DNA of 61,409 nucleotides, counting the filler, from Bacteriovoracaceae bacterium (GTDB lineage Bacteria > Bdellovibrionota > Bacteriovoracia > Bacteriovoracales > Bacteriovoracaceae): NCBI GenBank assembly GCA_018649885.1. It is 6 parts of 6 records of this genome, joined end to end, with 100 filler letters (N's around TTAATTAATTAA, not from the genome) between each part and the next. Parts side by side here need not be neighbours in the genome. Positions count along the whole stretch, not along the records: positions 1 to 25,409 come from JABIHA010000132.1; 5 more parts are not named here. One strand, written 5' to 3'. Below the pieces are notes generated by a model that saw nothing but the letters and a program-made list of their open reading frames with translations, had not been told where the DNA came from and did not search any database. The position numbers were made by a program, and so were the translations under genes. Of this stretch, positions 1-9,811 are shown piece after piece. How positions within the stretch are numbered: the first letter of the stretch is position 1; every line of letters begins with the position of its first letter.

Positions 1-181
1 AAAATGAAACCCTGAACTCCAAATTCAGGGTTGAGCCTAGAGCACTGAAACGTCGAACAAGAGGGACATTTAGCCTTTTGCTAATTCCAAGAAATAGGTA
101 TAAATCCTCAAACCAAGTGGCTTAAAGCAGTAGCATTCGTGGGTGATACTTTTTACATCAAATAGGTACCAGCTTAACAAA

Positions 182-601
182 TTAGTCTTCTAAAACAGTA
201 ATATAACAATTTAGTTCGGGAGCTTCCCAATCAGCGTGGGCCACAGATCCTTTTAATTGATAGTCCCCCTCACCCATTTCAGAAAGCTGAGTTTTTACAG
301 ATAGTGTTAGCTCACTGGATTTCATTTCTATTTCAAATTTACCGCTCTCATTTTTTTTAAATGAGACACTGTTAAGTTCATAGGTGTCATGGGCCACAGG
401 CTCTTTGTAGTAAATTTCTTTTACAACAAACTCAACGTATTCACTTCCCGACTCAAGCACATTACCTTTTTGGTAGACCACAACGTAATTTGAAATCATA
501 GGGTTTGATGGGTTTTCACCACAAAAGACTGAATCAACTGATGCTTTCTTACCAGCATAAACAAAGGTGGGTAGTAGTAACAAAATTACAGCGAGTTTCA
601 T
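182..601 (-). CDS. Hypothetical secreted protein
   Basis: 139-aa ORF with signal-peptide-like N-terminus (MKLAVILLLLPTFVYA); no family recognised. Confidence 0.75.
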   Translation of the reverse strand: MKLAVILLLLPTFVYAGKKASVDSVFCGENPSNPMISNYVVVYQKGNVLESGSEYVEFVVKEIYYKEPVAHDTYELNSVSFKKNESGKFEIEMKSSELTLSVKTQLSEMGEGDYQLKGSVAHADWEAPELNCYITVLED

Positions 602-738
602 GGAAAGTCCTTAAGTTAAAGAAGTATCCCACAGGTATCTATCTGGTGATTATCTGTCAATATAGGTGGTAAATAGGATTTGATTGTTAATTTAAATTGA
701 GAGAGAACGCCCATGGGCCCTCTCCCTCATATGAAAGA

Positions 739-1164
739 TTATTCGTCTACAGCATTAAAAGGGTTAATGGTAAATTGAAGCTTTACCGTGCCTGAGATAG
801 TTCCATCCATTTCGGGAAATACGCTACTATCTTCATAGAGATCATCGTCAGCTTGGTAGAATTCACCTTGGTACTCAAAGTAAAAATTATGATCTTCAAA
901 ATCGTAACCGGGTGCCAGAGTAAGAACTTCGTTATCAAGTATTCTAGTAAAGCGTCCATTGTCATTAGTACTGATGCCTTCTAAACACACACTGTCTGCC
1001 AGTGTAGGACCAAAACACAATTGACCAGTAGTTTCTAAGTCAGCTCCATGGCCTGCTATTCCGTATTCAACTTTTCCTGTAATGATAAGCTTTTTGATAT
1101 TTACCTGACAGCCAGATAAAACAAGAAAAGCAAGAGTTGTAAGTAGTAGAAATTTCTTTGTCAT
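739..1164 (-). CDS. Hypothetical lipoprotein
   Basis: Lipobox LSGC after a hydrophobic stretch; AAGGAG RBS upstream. Confidence 0.8.
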   Translation of the reverse strand: MTKKFLLLTTLAFLVLSGCQVNIKKLIITGKVEYGIAGHGADLETTGQLCFGPTLADSVCLEGISTNDNGRFTRILDNEVLTLAPGYDFEDHNFYFEYQGEFYQADDDLYEDSSVFPEMDGTISGTVKLQFTINPFNAVDE

Positions 1165-1298
1165 GAAAGACTCCTTTTATATGTCTGGTGGGAATATAAA
1201 AGAAGTGGGCACTAGAATAAAGGAGATTGAAAAAACGATTGACACGATGCGCATCTTTTCGTTTCAATACTTTTGAAACACCTGATGTAAGTTTGCCT

Positions 1299-2540
1299 TT
1301 AGGCCCTAATATGGCCATCCCCTTCAACAAAGAACCTTGTAGTAGTGAGCTCACGCGCCCCCATTGGTCCATAGGCGTGAAACTTAGTAGTAGAGATCCC
1401 TATCTCTGCTCCTAGGCCTAGCTCTCCCCCGTCATTAAACCTGGTAGAGGCATTGACGGCGATAAATGAGGCATCCACTCTTTTTCTAAACTCAGAGGCC
1501 ACCTGTTTGTCCTGGGTGAGAATACATTCGCTGTGATGAGAGCCGTATTTTTGAATATGCAAAATGGCCTCTTCTAGTGAATCCACCAGTTTTATAGAAA
1601 GGATTTTGTCTAAATACTCTGTGGCGAAGTCATTTTCGTCCAGTGCTTTGATCTGCGAGTAACGATCAACAAGCTCTTTTTCTGCTCTTAGTTCAACCCC
1701 ATTTTCACTGTAATCAGAAAAAAGCTGGTCGGTGAACTCTCCTACTTTGTCTCGGTGGATGATCAGTGTCTCCATGGCATTGCAGACCCCAGGTCTTTGA
1801 ACTTTGGCATTGAGGCAAATCTCTACGGCCTTTTGGTTGTCAGCATCACTGTGAACATAGGTGTGACAAAGTCCTTTAAAATGGGCAATGACAGCGACTG
1901 TGGCCGTTTTATATACGTAATCAATGAGCTTTTCTCCGCCTCTTGGGATAATTAAATCCACATATTCATTACAGGTGAGAAGGCCATCTACAAGTGCTCT
2001 TTCGTTTGAGCTTAGTACTTGGACACAGTTTTCTGGGACAAACTGGTCAAAGGACTCTTTAATGATTTCACCCAAGACTTCATTGGAGTAGTAAGCCTCT
2101 TTCCCGCCTTTTAAAATGATGGCGTTCCCTGACTTTAAGGAGAGGGCCGCACAGTCTGTAACGACATTGGGCCTACTTTCAAATATCATGGTGATAACAC
2201 CGAGGGGGACTCTTTCTTTACTTATGGTCAATCCATCCGAGCGGGTATGGCTGCTTTCTATGACTCCAATAACTTCTTCGGATTTAGCAATATCTCTTAC
2301 TGATTGTGCCATGGAGCTGATTCGTTTTTCATTTAAAAGTAAACGGTCGGTTAAGGCACCTGAGAGTTTATTGGTTTTGGCCGCATCTAAATCCTTCATA
2401 TTAGCTAGGACAATTGTGGCATATTTAGCTTCAAGGTTATCGGCAAGTTTATTTAAAGCACTCACCCTTTGTTTGGTACTAGACTTAGATAGGGAGATAA
2501 AAGCGTGCTTGGCATTTTTAGCTAGTGTGATGGCATCCAT
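1299..2540 (-). CDS. proA: Gamma-glutamyl phosphate reductase
   Basis: Motifs VPLGVITMIFESRPNV, IIPRGG, RPGVCNAMETL, NASTRFNDGGELGLGAEIGIST; directly downstream of proB. Confidence 0.97.
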   Translation of the reverse strand: MDAITLAKNAKHAFISLSKSSTKQRVSALNKLADNLEAKYATIVLANMKDLDAAKTNKLSGALTDRLLLNEKRISSMAQSVRDIAKSEEVIGVIESSHTRSDGLTISKERVPLGVITMIFESRPNVVTDCAALSLKSGNAIILKGGKEAYYSNEVLGEIIKESFDQFVPENCVQVLSSNERALVDGLLTCNEYVDLIIPRGGEKLIDYVYKTATVAVIAHFKGLCHTYVHSDADNQKAVEICLNAKVQRPGVCNAMETLIIHRDKVGEFTDQLFSDYSENGVELRAEKELVDRYSQIKALDENDFATEYLDKILSIKLVDSLEEAILHIQKYGSHHSECILTQDKQVASEFRKRVDASFIAVNASTRFNDGGELGLGAEIGISTTKFHAYGPMGARELTTTRFFVEGDGHIRA

Positions 2541-2545
2541 TTTTT

Positions 2546-3658
2546 TTAACTCCTCACGACCAAATTATTTCGGTGGATAACGACTTTGGCCGGGCAAAAC
2601 CCTAAGATAGAGATGATCTTATCAGAAGAGACACCTTTTATCTTCTCTATTTCTTTAGATGAATATTCGCAAATTCCGGTGGCGATCTTTTTTGAATGGT
2701 GTTTAATAGCAACGCTATCACCTCTTTTGAAGGTGCCGTAAATTCCCACTATGCCAGAGGGGAGAACAGAAGCCCCCTTTAATATGGCATTCTTAGCACC
2801 ATCATCAACTCTTATGACCGCTTTAGATCTTTCAGTGGTGATTATCCAGCCCTTTCTTCTTTCTTTAGAGCTTCTTTTCATGGCCTCAAAGTATGTGCCC
2901 ACACTTTTCGTTAAGGCCCGCATAATTGGGGATTTGTGCTTAAAACTAGCTATAATGCAAGGAATACCAAGAGGGGTCATTTTCCTTACAGCTTTAATTT
3001 TTCCGGGCATGCCACCTCTGCCTGCAAGAGATTTTTTACCAAAAGAAATTTGAGAAAACTTGTAATCGATACTAATAATGGGAACAGGTCCAAGGCCTTG
3101 TTTACTATAGTCGAGATAAACACCATCAGAGTCACTCAAAATCACAACCAGCTCAGCTCCCACCATTTCTGCTACCATGGCGGCCAGCTGGTCATTGTCT
3201 CCAAAGGCAATTTCTTCAAAACTTACTGAATCATTTTCATTGAGGATCGGGATGGTTTCATTTTTCAGTAATACTTCAATAGTGTTTCTGGCGTTGAAAT
3301 ATCTTGTTCTATTTTTTAAATCGTCGTGGGTTAAAAGTACTTGGCCGCAATGAATTTTCTTTTTACCGAAGGCGTGGACATAGGACTCTATGAGCTTAGG
3401 CTGGCCTATGGCCGAAAGTGCTTGAAGCTGCTCAATTCCTTTGCCCATTTTTTGCAAATAGGCGCGACCTACCTGGATTGCTCCTGAGGAGATCACAACT
3501 ATTTCAAGGCCCATTTTTTGAAGCTTAATTAAATCCCCAGTAATTTGAGAAAATTTATAACGATCAAGGCCTCCGTCGTCTTTGGTCAGACAGCTTGATC
3601 CGATTTTAACCACAATTCTCTTTGGCGATTTAATTTCATCTCTAAACTTTTTGGCCAC
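2546..3658 (-). CDS. proB: Glutamate 5-kinase with C-terminal PUA domain; start likely GTG at 3658, not 3856
   Basis: Motifs RIVVKIGSS, VISSGAI, PILNENDSV, FGDNDQLAA, GRGGMPGKI, VIHRNNLV; the upstream extension overlaps another ORF. Confidence 0.95.
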   Translation of the reverse strand: MAKKFRDEIKSPKRIVVKIGSSCLTKDDGGLDRYKFSQITGDLIKLQKMGLEIVVISSGAIQVGRAYLQKMGKGIEQLQALSAIGQPKLIESYVHAFGKKKIHCGQVLLTHDDLKNRTRYFNARNTIEVLLKNETIPILNENDSVSFEEIAFGDNDQLAAMVAEMVGAELVVILSDSDGVYLDYSKQGLGPVPIISIDYKFSQISFGKKSLAGRGGMPGKIKAVRKMTPLGIPCIIASFKHKSPIMRALTKSVGTYFEAMKRSSKERRKGWIITTERSKAVIRVDDGAKNAILKGASVLPSGIVGIYGTFKRGDSVAIKHHSKKIATGICEYSSKEIEKIKGVSSDKIISILGFCPAKVVIHRNNLVVRS

Positions 3659-3665
3659 CTTCGAT

Positions 3666-3986
3666 CTACCTTTTCTTTGAGTCGTATTTGACTCTTCTTT
3701 TTCCAGGCATTGGTCTTCTGGCCCTTCTTCGCCTTCTGAGAAACTCTGGGCGTTTTTTCTTTCTCCGAGGAAGAAAAGTAGCTTTCTTTGCTCTTTCCCC
3801 TGACCTCGAATCTTGGTGACTACGAAAAGTCTCTCTTCGTTTTTGCCTTTGCACATTGGCCCTGGAGGGTCTTTTAAGGCCTAGCTTTCTATCAAGCTTG
3901 GAGCCACTATCTCCGTCTGCTAGAGGATAGTGGGCGGTGCCAAAGCTAAGCAGTGAGGTAATCAGCAGTTGTATTATGAGAGTCAT
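3666..3986 (-). CDS. Small exported, highly basic hypothetical protein
   Basis: Signal-like N-terminus and Arg/Lys-rich tail; start overlaps the upstream stop codon and it ends 7 nt before proB. Confidence 0.6.
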   Translation of the reverse strand: MTLIIQLLITSLLSFGTAHYPLADGDSGSKLDRKLGLKRPSRANVQRQKRRETFRSHQDSRSGERAKKATFLPRRKKKRPEFLRRRRRARRPMPGKRRVKYDSKKR

Positions 3987-5494
3987 TAATAGCTCGCTTT
4001 TATCTCAAAAAATACAGCATTTTGAGAATAGTCGTAGTTATCTACATTATTTGTGAAATTAGAATTGTTGGCGGTGTGAGAGAGTTCTAAATCCAGTGAT
4101 AAAAAGCTTGTGGCCTGAAAGAGCAAATTTGTTTTAAAAACATTGGTACCATCTCTTCTTAAAAAGCGAGTGGATGAGTCACGATTGTAAGTCTTTCTTT
4201 GGTGATCGAAATTAAAACCCCAGTTCCAATCAAAAGAAATTTCATATCTATAATCAAAATTAAGACCCAGACCTTTATAGCTGTTGATATCACTTGGGTC
4301 GTCTTGTAAATTTTCATCAATATACCTAATAGAAAGATTGACGTAGTGAGGATTAGAAAATGTTCCTCCAAATACTTTGTAGGTGTTGGTATTTCCTTTA
4401 AGGTAGAAGTACTTGCTTTGATCTGAAATTTGCCTGGTGTCATTGTAGCTGACCCCAAAATTTGCTTTTTCATAAATTCTGGTTAGCTTTAGGGTGCCAC
4501 CATAACTATGGGTATAGTCATTGCCACCATTTTTTGAATCAGTGTAGCTTGGAGTGGCCGTCATTTCAAAAGAGTCTCCTCCGTAACCTAATTCCATACC
4601 GCCATATAAAGACAGCTCATCTGAGCCTGGATCACCCAAGATGCTATTAAAACTTACTTCAAACTGAGGATCGAGTATTAAGATAGTATCAGCTAGTGGG
4701 TGAAGATCCATGCTAAAGCTTGATTTGGACTCAGTCTTTGATTTTGAGCGTACGCTGTCATCACTGAGATAAGTATTATCCGAAGTTCCAATTGCTGTAG
4801 ACAGTGAAAGGCCTAGATACTTCGCCAAGTTAAAACTGTCTGTAAGTTCCTCTTGTTCTTCTACCTCTTTAAGTAGCTCACTTTTGATTTTCTCACTTTG
4901 GATTTTATCGATTGTGCGGTAGAGTTTTTGCTCTTTGCCTTGGGCCAGCAGGCAAAGGCCCAGTAAAAACAAGATGTCATCATCATCCCCCTCACTTAAG
5001 AGTGAATCAAAGTGAGTCTCTGCTACCTCGTATTCAGCGCGGTCAAAGGCCTTTAAGGCCAATTCCATTGTGTCGTCAAGACTACCGATATTGAGTTGGG
5101 CCTTTGCACGTTTTAAAAGGTTTGTGGGGGTGTTTGGATCCACTACCAACTCTTCAAAGAGCTCCATCGCCCTGCCGCTTTTGCCAAGACCTGTGAAGGC
5201 CATTCCCATATAGTACTTAGCAAATGGGGCCAGGTTTTTGGATCTTCCCGCCACAACTCTATAGTGTTTGATGGCAGGGCCATACTTTTCTAGCTGTAGA
5301 TAGTTTTGTGCCAGATTAAAATGGTGAGAGAACACCTTAGGATTTCTTCTAACCACTTTCTGCCACAGTCTTAAGCTCTTCTCCCACGCACCACTCTGAT
5401 ATAGCTCTTTTGCCCTTAGGACATCGGAGTTGGGTTGGGCCAAAAGCCCAGTTGAATAAAAAAGCACAACAAACAAAAAAGATATTTTTCCCAT
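3986..5494 (-). CDS. TPR-repeat protein with C-terminal outer-membrane beta-barrel
   Basis: Signal peptide, TPR-like helices (HFNLAQNYLQLEKYGPAIKHY), amphipathic beta strands and a terminal aromatic residue (FEIKASY). Confidence 0.8.
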   Translation of the reverse strand: MGKISFLFVVLFYSTGLLAQPNSDVLRAKELYQSGAWEKSLRLWQKVVRRNPKVFSHHFNLAQNYLQLEKYGPAIKHYRVVAGRSKNLAPFAKYYMGMAFTGLGKSGRAMELFEELVVDPNTPTNLLKRAKAQLNIGSLDDTMELALKAFDRAEYEVAETHFDSLLSEGDDDDILFLLGLCLLAQGKEQKLYRTIDKIQSEKIKSELLKEVEEQEELTDSFNLAKYLGLSLSTAIGTSDNTYLSDDSVRSKSKTESKSSFSMDLHPLADTILILDPQFEVSFNSILGDPGSDELSLYGGMELGYGGDSFEMTATPSYTDSKNGGNDYTHSYGGTLKLTRIYEKANFGVSYNDTRQISDQSKYFYLKGNTNTYKVFGGTFSNPHYVNLSIRYIDENLQDDPSDINSYKGLGLNFDYRYEISFDWNWGFNFDHQRKTYNRDSSTRFLRRDGTNVFKTNLLFQATSFLSLDLELSHTANNSNFTNNVDNYDYSQNAVFFEIKASY

Positions 5495-5539
5495 CCTCTT
5501 ATTAAAACATTTTTTGAATTACTTGTTTAGAGGGATTTA

Positions 5540-6496
5540 TTAGAGATTTTGCATAAACTTAACAGGATCTGTTGCAAATTGGTCAACAAATTGAGGATAG
5601 CTGATAACTTTTTCTGGTGCTAAGGCCCACACAGGTCCCATGATACCTAAATAGATATCTTTTAAACTCTCCTCATCAGCACTGGCCTCGAAGCTCTCAA
5701 TGGGCCTGTGACTGAATAGAGTCTTTATATAAGCACCCAAAAGTTTGGATTTTGAATCGTGAATAACCATTCTATCTTTGTGCTGCTCTTCCTCGTAAAT
5801 CAGGTTAAAGCTGGCGGCCACGGTAGTAGAAATTTCTTTTGAAAATCCTCCCACATGGTGGAGCAAATAACTAAGGTATGCAGGAACATAAAAGTGATAG
5901 TAATACATATTCACTGGGTCTACCGAGTCAGGAAGAATATTGATTTTGTTTCCATAAACGGTGGTCAAAGTAGTGATCATTTGATCAGTGAAACCTCTTG
6001 GTGCATTTACGGCCAGATACTCTATAAATGATGGAGGTTTGGTGCCAAAGAAATCTTGAAATAAAACGGCCATGACTCTAAGGGTGTTATATTCATCAGC
6101 TGTATTCTCGCGAACAAAGGCAAGAACGTCAGTATTATTATTGCTAGTTATTTGTGAGTTTAGCTTTTCTAAAAAAGCGGTTGCCTCATCAGAGTTTGCA
6201 TACTCATTAAGAGAGTCAAAAAAGCACGACGACTTAACACTTGATGTAGGATTTTTACACTGAAGTAATCTAACCATCACTCGCGCCGCTTTTTTACAAT
6301 CTTTTCTTTTTTCTTTTTGATCTGAAAAATAGTTTTTGCATCTGGACCTAAGAAGAATTTTAAGTCCAAAGTTTATGGTCGAGGGATAGTTTCTCCCTAA
6401 TTTGCTTTGGATGGGTGATTGAAAGGGACTGCTGGCAAGCGCAGTGCAGGCAATAAGAGAAATCAAAAATATTGTTAATAAGTTTGTCTTCTTCAT
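5540..6496 (-). CDS. Hypothetical secreted protein
   Basis: 318-aa ORF with signal peptide and RBS. Confidence 0.8.
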   Translation of the reverse strand: MKKTNLLTIFLISLIACTALASSPFQSPIQSKLGRNYPSTINFGLKILLRSRCKNYFSDQKEKRKDCKKAARVMVRLLQCKNPTSSVKSSCFFDSLNEYANSDEATAFLEKLNSQITSNNNTDVLAFVRENTADEYNTLRVMAVLFQDFFGTKPPSFIEYLAVNAPRGFTDQMITTLTTVYGNKINILPDSVDPVNMYYYHFYVPAYLSYLLHHVGGFSKEISTTVAASFNLIYEEEQHKDRMVIHDSKSKLLGAYIKTLFSHRPIESFEASADEESLKDIYLGIMGPVWALAPEKVISYPQFVDQFATDPVKFMQNL

Positions 6497-6515
6497 TTAT
6501 GACCCCTTCCTAAAA

Positions 6516-6546
6516 CAAAAGGCCCCTTTTCAAAAGGGGCCTTTTG
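6516..6546. terminator. Intrinsic terminator-like hairpin
   Basis: CAAAAGGCCCCTTTT-C-AAAAGGGGCCTTTTG just after the stop codon at 6550. Confidence 0.75.
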
Positions 6547-6549
6547 GTT

Positions 6550-6855
6550 TTACCAACCTGTATTATCTAAACATTTTTTATAAGTAGTACTGTAGTACTG
6601 TCCTCTTGGACAACGCTTTCCTTTCTTAATGATGATTACTTTTTTGTTTCTTACACATCTGTTGTTAATGTTTCTGTGGTAACCGGCACGACATGTTTTT
6701 CTAGCTGGTCTAACAACTACAACTTTTTTGTTTCTTACACATCTTCCTCTAGCATTTCTGTGCTTGTATTTTCCACACCCACCAGCTGCTTCACTTTCTA
6801 GTGAAATACCGGCAAACATAGTTAATGCTAGTAATAAAAATCCAAGACTTTTCAT
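6550..6855 (-). CDS. Small secreted cationic Cys-repeat peptide (GCG..CxxN-prefix type); start ATG 6855
   Basis: AGGAGA RBS, signal peptide ending SEA, then three C-x-x-x-x-H/Y...C units with RCVRNKKV occurring twice. Confidence 0.8.
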   Translation of the reverse strand: MKSLGFLLLALTMFAGISLESEAAGGCGKYKHRNARGRCVRNKKVVVVRPARKTCRAGYHRNINNRCVRNKKVIIIKKGKRCPRGQYYSTTYKKCLDNTGW

Positions 6856-7224
6856 AATAATTCTCCTAAATGATATGCGTTTTGCATATTTCATGTTTTC
6901 ATTGCTGCGCAGCATACCAATAGGGAGTGTTCCAAAGTAAATAATTGATGCACCTAGTAAATAATTCAAACGAGTTTTCATTTCTCAGGATTTGTAATCA
7001 CCGTGAACTTATCTCACGGCCAGAAATCTCTGTGATATTTTCCTAGGTGTTGAAATAATAGACACTTAGGTAAATAGAGATACTCAATTTTGGCCAAAAA
7101 TCGAGCAAATATTACTAGCTTTTAAAGGGAGAGTTGAAACCGGATGTGCTCCGTGTCATAAATAACATGCACGAAAAATTACAACATATTTAGGATAAAA
7201 TCTAACTCTAACGAGGTCAAAAAC

Positions 7225-7854
7225 ATGAATTACATCGAAAATCGTCAGCTCGATTGTATGAGCACTCAAAATGAAAGCGTCAAAATGTTTGATAACCAGT
7301 TTTTAGAATCTTTTACCCACGTAACGCCTTATCACGTACTTGCGGTTTGGGTTCCTGTGATCTGCTACTTCATCTATAAGGCCCTATTTATTTCTCAAAC
7401 ATCAATTATGATGACTGGTAGTTTAATGATTGCAGGAATGGCAATTTGGACCCTACTTGAATACTGGCTTCACAGAATTTTTTTCCATTACGCTGATGAA
7501 AGTAAACCTTGGTCAATAAAAATGAACTTCTTTGTTCACGGGGTTCACCACAATTATCCAAATGATAAAACTAGACTTGTGATGCCTCCAGTTGCAGGCA
7601 TTCTTATTTCTCAAGTTGTCTACTGGCCACTTCTTCTACTTGCCGGTGCTAATACGGCCGCGCTTTTTGCGGGAATTATTTTGGGATATATCGCTTACGA
7701 TATGGTTCACTATGCAACTCATCACTCAACATCACAAAATAAGTTATTCAAAATTTTAAAACGCCATCACCTTAAGCACCACTTTAATAACCATGACCTA
7801 GATTTTGGTGTGACCAATACATTTTGGGATAAGGTCTTTGGAACTAAGAGCTAA
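7225..7854 (+). CDS. Fatty acid hydroxylase / sterol desaturase family, FA2H/Scs7-like
   Basis: His boxes EYWLHRIFFH, HGVHH, YDMVHYATHH, HHLKHHF; motifs RLVMPP and FGVTNTFWDKVFGT. Confidence 0.92.
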   Translation: MNYIENRQLDCMSTQNESVKMFDNQFLESFTHVTPYHVLAVWVPVICYFIYKALFISQTSIMMTGSLMIAGMAIWTLLEYWLHRIFFHYADESKPWSIKMNFFVHGVHHNYPNDKTRLVMPPVAGILISQVVYWPLLLLAGANTAALFAGIILGYIAYDMVHYATHHSTSQNKLFKILKRHHLKHHFNNHDLDFGVTNTFWDKVFGTKS

Positions 7855-7921
7855 ATTGAAATTGTTGTTCACGGCGCTAGGAAGACTTGTGGTTTTTTCA
7901 AGTATTGAGAGCGCCTTCTAT

Positions 7922-7998
7922 CAAGGCAGAGATCTTTAAAATTTAATTTTTTTTATTGATGCCTCTCTATTGCTGGATTTAGTTACCGTGGTAGCAAA
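7922..7998 (+). repeat. HNH-associated repeat, copy A (downstream of HNH-1, inverted relative to it)
   Basis: CAAGGCAGAGATCTTTAAA...TTTTATTGATG...GCTGG...CCGTGGTAGCAAA, aligned by eye to copies at 9401-9472, 24882 and 25078. Confidence 0.8.
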
Positions 7999-8137
7999 TG
8001 CCTCTACAAAAAAGTGATTATGATTGTCGGGTGGTTGCCTGGAATTTTGGTGATTAATCGCGAGTTTAATGGAACATGCATTTGGGCCTGGGAGCGGTTA
8101 GGGAGTAATAGAAAAATGAAGGTGCGGTTTTCTTTTT

Positions 8138-9007
8138 CTAGCTCTGGTTTATGAATAAATCCATCTTTTGCTGAGAAAATGCCACAATAGCAGCTCTCGT
8201 ATTGCAATTTGAGCATAGCTGGCGCACGTTCCCAATCGCCGATTCTCCTCCTGTGCCGTAAGGAGTAATGTGGTCAAATTGTAGGTTGTATTTTGATCCA
8301 CAGTTTTCACATTTGTTGCCAGATCTTGCTATCACCACCTTTTTGATAGTAGCAGGAATATATCTTGAGTTTGAGGTCACTTTTGATTTTCTGGACCCAA
8401 TACCCATAATCCTTTTTCTGATTGATTCTGCTGTCGTTTTAATGGCGTGCCCGACAATTTCCTCCGGCCGATAAAGTCCTTTGTTTGATAGCTGCTCTTT
8501 AACAAACAAATAATCTTTTGCCGCTTCTCCCACCAAGGTGAGATGAATCCTACAGCTTCCATCAGAGTGTGAATGGCTTTTAGATCTGGTAGCACGCTTT
8601 TTCCCCGTTATTTTATCTACCATCTCTCTGGTCTGAATTTGAGTTTTACCTTTAATGCTCTCAAGAATTTCATTTTTTCTTTTGCTGCTTTTAATATTTC
8701 CAACCAAACCAGAAACTTCTGCTAGATTTGTAAGTGTCACTTGTTTTTTTGCCAGTGCTTTATCAGCATTTGGTACATGTCTTAGTGTCTTTGCCGCCAA
8801 AACCCTTCGACTCGTTTCGCTATCACTTTTATTAAAATTCTTACGAATATATTTAAATAGAGATCCTGTCTGATCATCACAGAAAAGTCTTCTTCTATTA
8901 ACTTCATTAATATGTCTTAAGAATTGACGAGTACAATGCTCCTCTTTTTCATTCCACATTTTAGTGTCTGCAATTAACATTTCATCTGATAAATTTCGTA
9001 GCGACAA
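8138..9007 (-). CDS. HNH endonuclease with long helical N-terminal region
   Basis: C-terminal RYIP...CENC...LQFDHITPYGTGG...NVRQLCSNCN; TTG start with GGGAGG RBS. Confidence 0.9.
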   Translation of the reverse strand: MSLRNLSDEMLIADTKMWNEKEEHCTRQFLRHINEVNRRRLFCDDQTGSLFKYIRKNFNKSDSETSRRVLAAKTLRHVPNADKALAKKQVTLTNLAEVSGLVGNIKSSKRKNEILESIKGKTQIQTREMVDKITGKKRATRSKSHSHSDGSCRIHLTLVGEAAKDYLFVKEQLSNKGLYRPEEIVGHAIKTTAESIRKRIMGIGSRKSKVTSNSRYIPATIKKVVIARSGNKCENCGSKYNLQFDHITPYGTGGESAIGNVRQLCSNCNTRAAIVAFSQQKMDLFINQS

Positions 9008-9400
9008 AGTGACCTCCCAGGCAGACGTAACATACCATTTTAGTCGTGTTAATTAAATAAAAAGAAAAAACTTTACCTCAAACGAAAAGTTTAATTCCCA
9101 ATCTAGGAAGCGCTATACAGCTCCACCAAATTCACAAAAGATCACAAAATTCCAAACACCGCCTGCGACGGAACTACCCACTGGGTAGTTTTGAAGCTGA
9201 GTGGAACACACTAAGAGAAGCAAACCGTAAGGTGCGGCTTCGCGAATAGCACCCATAAAACACTAAACTCTCATCAAAGCCTATTAATACCACCAAAACC
9301 ACATACGCCCCTTTCCCATAGAGGAATTTTCTAGCGCCGTGACCAGCCTCTTCCAAAGCAATTCCACCAAGCAACCATAACCACCTTTCTATAGAAACAG

Positions 9401-9472
9401 GCTCCACGGTAATCAAACCCAGCTAGTGCTGGCCATCAATAAAAAACTAATTTGCTTAAAGATCTCACCTTG
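9401..9472 (-). repeat. HNH-associated repeat, copy B (upstream of HNH-1, same sense as the gene)
   Basis: Reverse complement reads CAAGGTGAGATCTTTAAG...TTTTTTATTGATG...TAGCTGG...TTACCGTGGAGC. Confidence 0.8.
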
Positions 9473-9811
9473 CTAAAAAGTAAAAAGCACTCTAAAGCAC
9501 CGAGAACAATATTTCCCACAACTAAATTCCACTAAATTAATTAACACCGTGTACAGTATCCACCAAGCTCCTTAACATCATAAATAAGCCTCCTCAAAAA
9601 CTTTCCTTTAAAATATAGATGGACTGATTTGTTTACTAAATAATTAAATACTTAAAAAGGGCCATTTGTTGAGCCATTTTTTATAGGGCAAAATGCCCAC
9701 ATTTCATGGCACTCCCACTCTTGATATGATTCCATATATTGGAGACTTAGCTTTTAAGTCAACTAATTCAGTGAATATCCGATAAAATAGTACAAATATT
9801 AAAATGGAAGA

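Noticed and set aside
3659..3856. N-terminal extension on ProB
   Set aside because: Overlaps the 106-aa upstream ORF; ProB-like sequence begins near GTG 3658.
8138..9007. HNH protein as an IscB/Cas9-like or group II intron protein
   Set aside because: No PLMP, split RuvC or reverse-transcriptase motifs are visible; it has only a C-terminal Zn-binding HNH domain.
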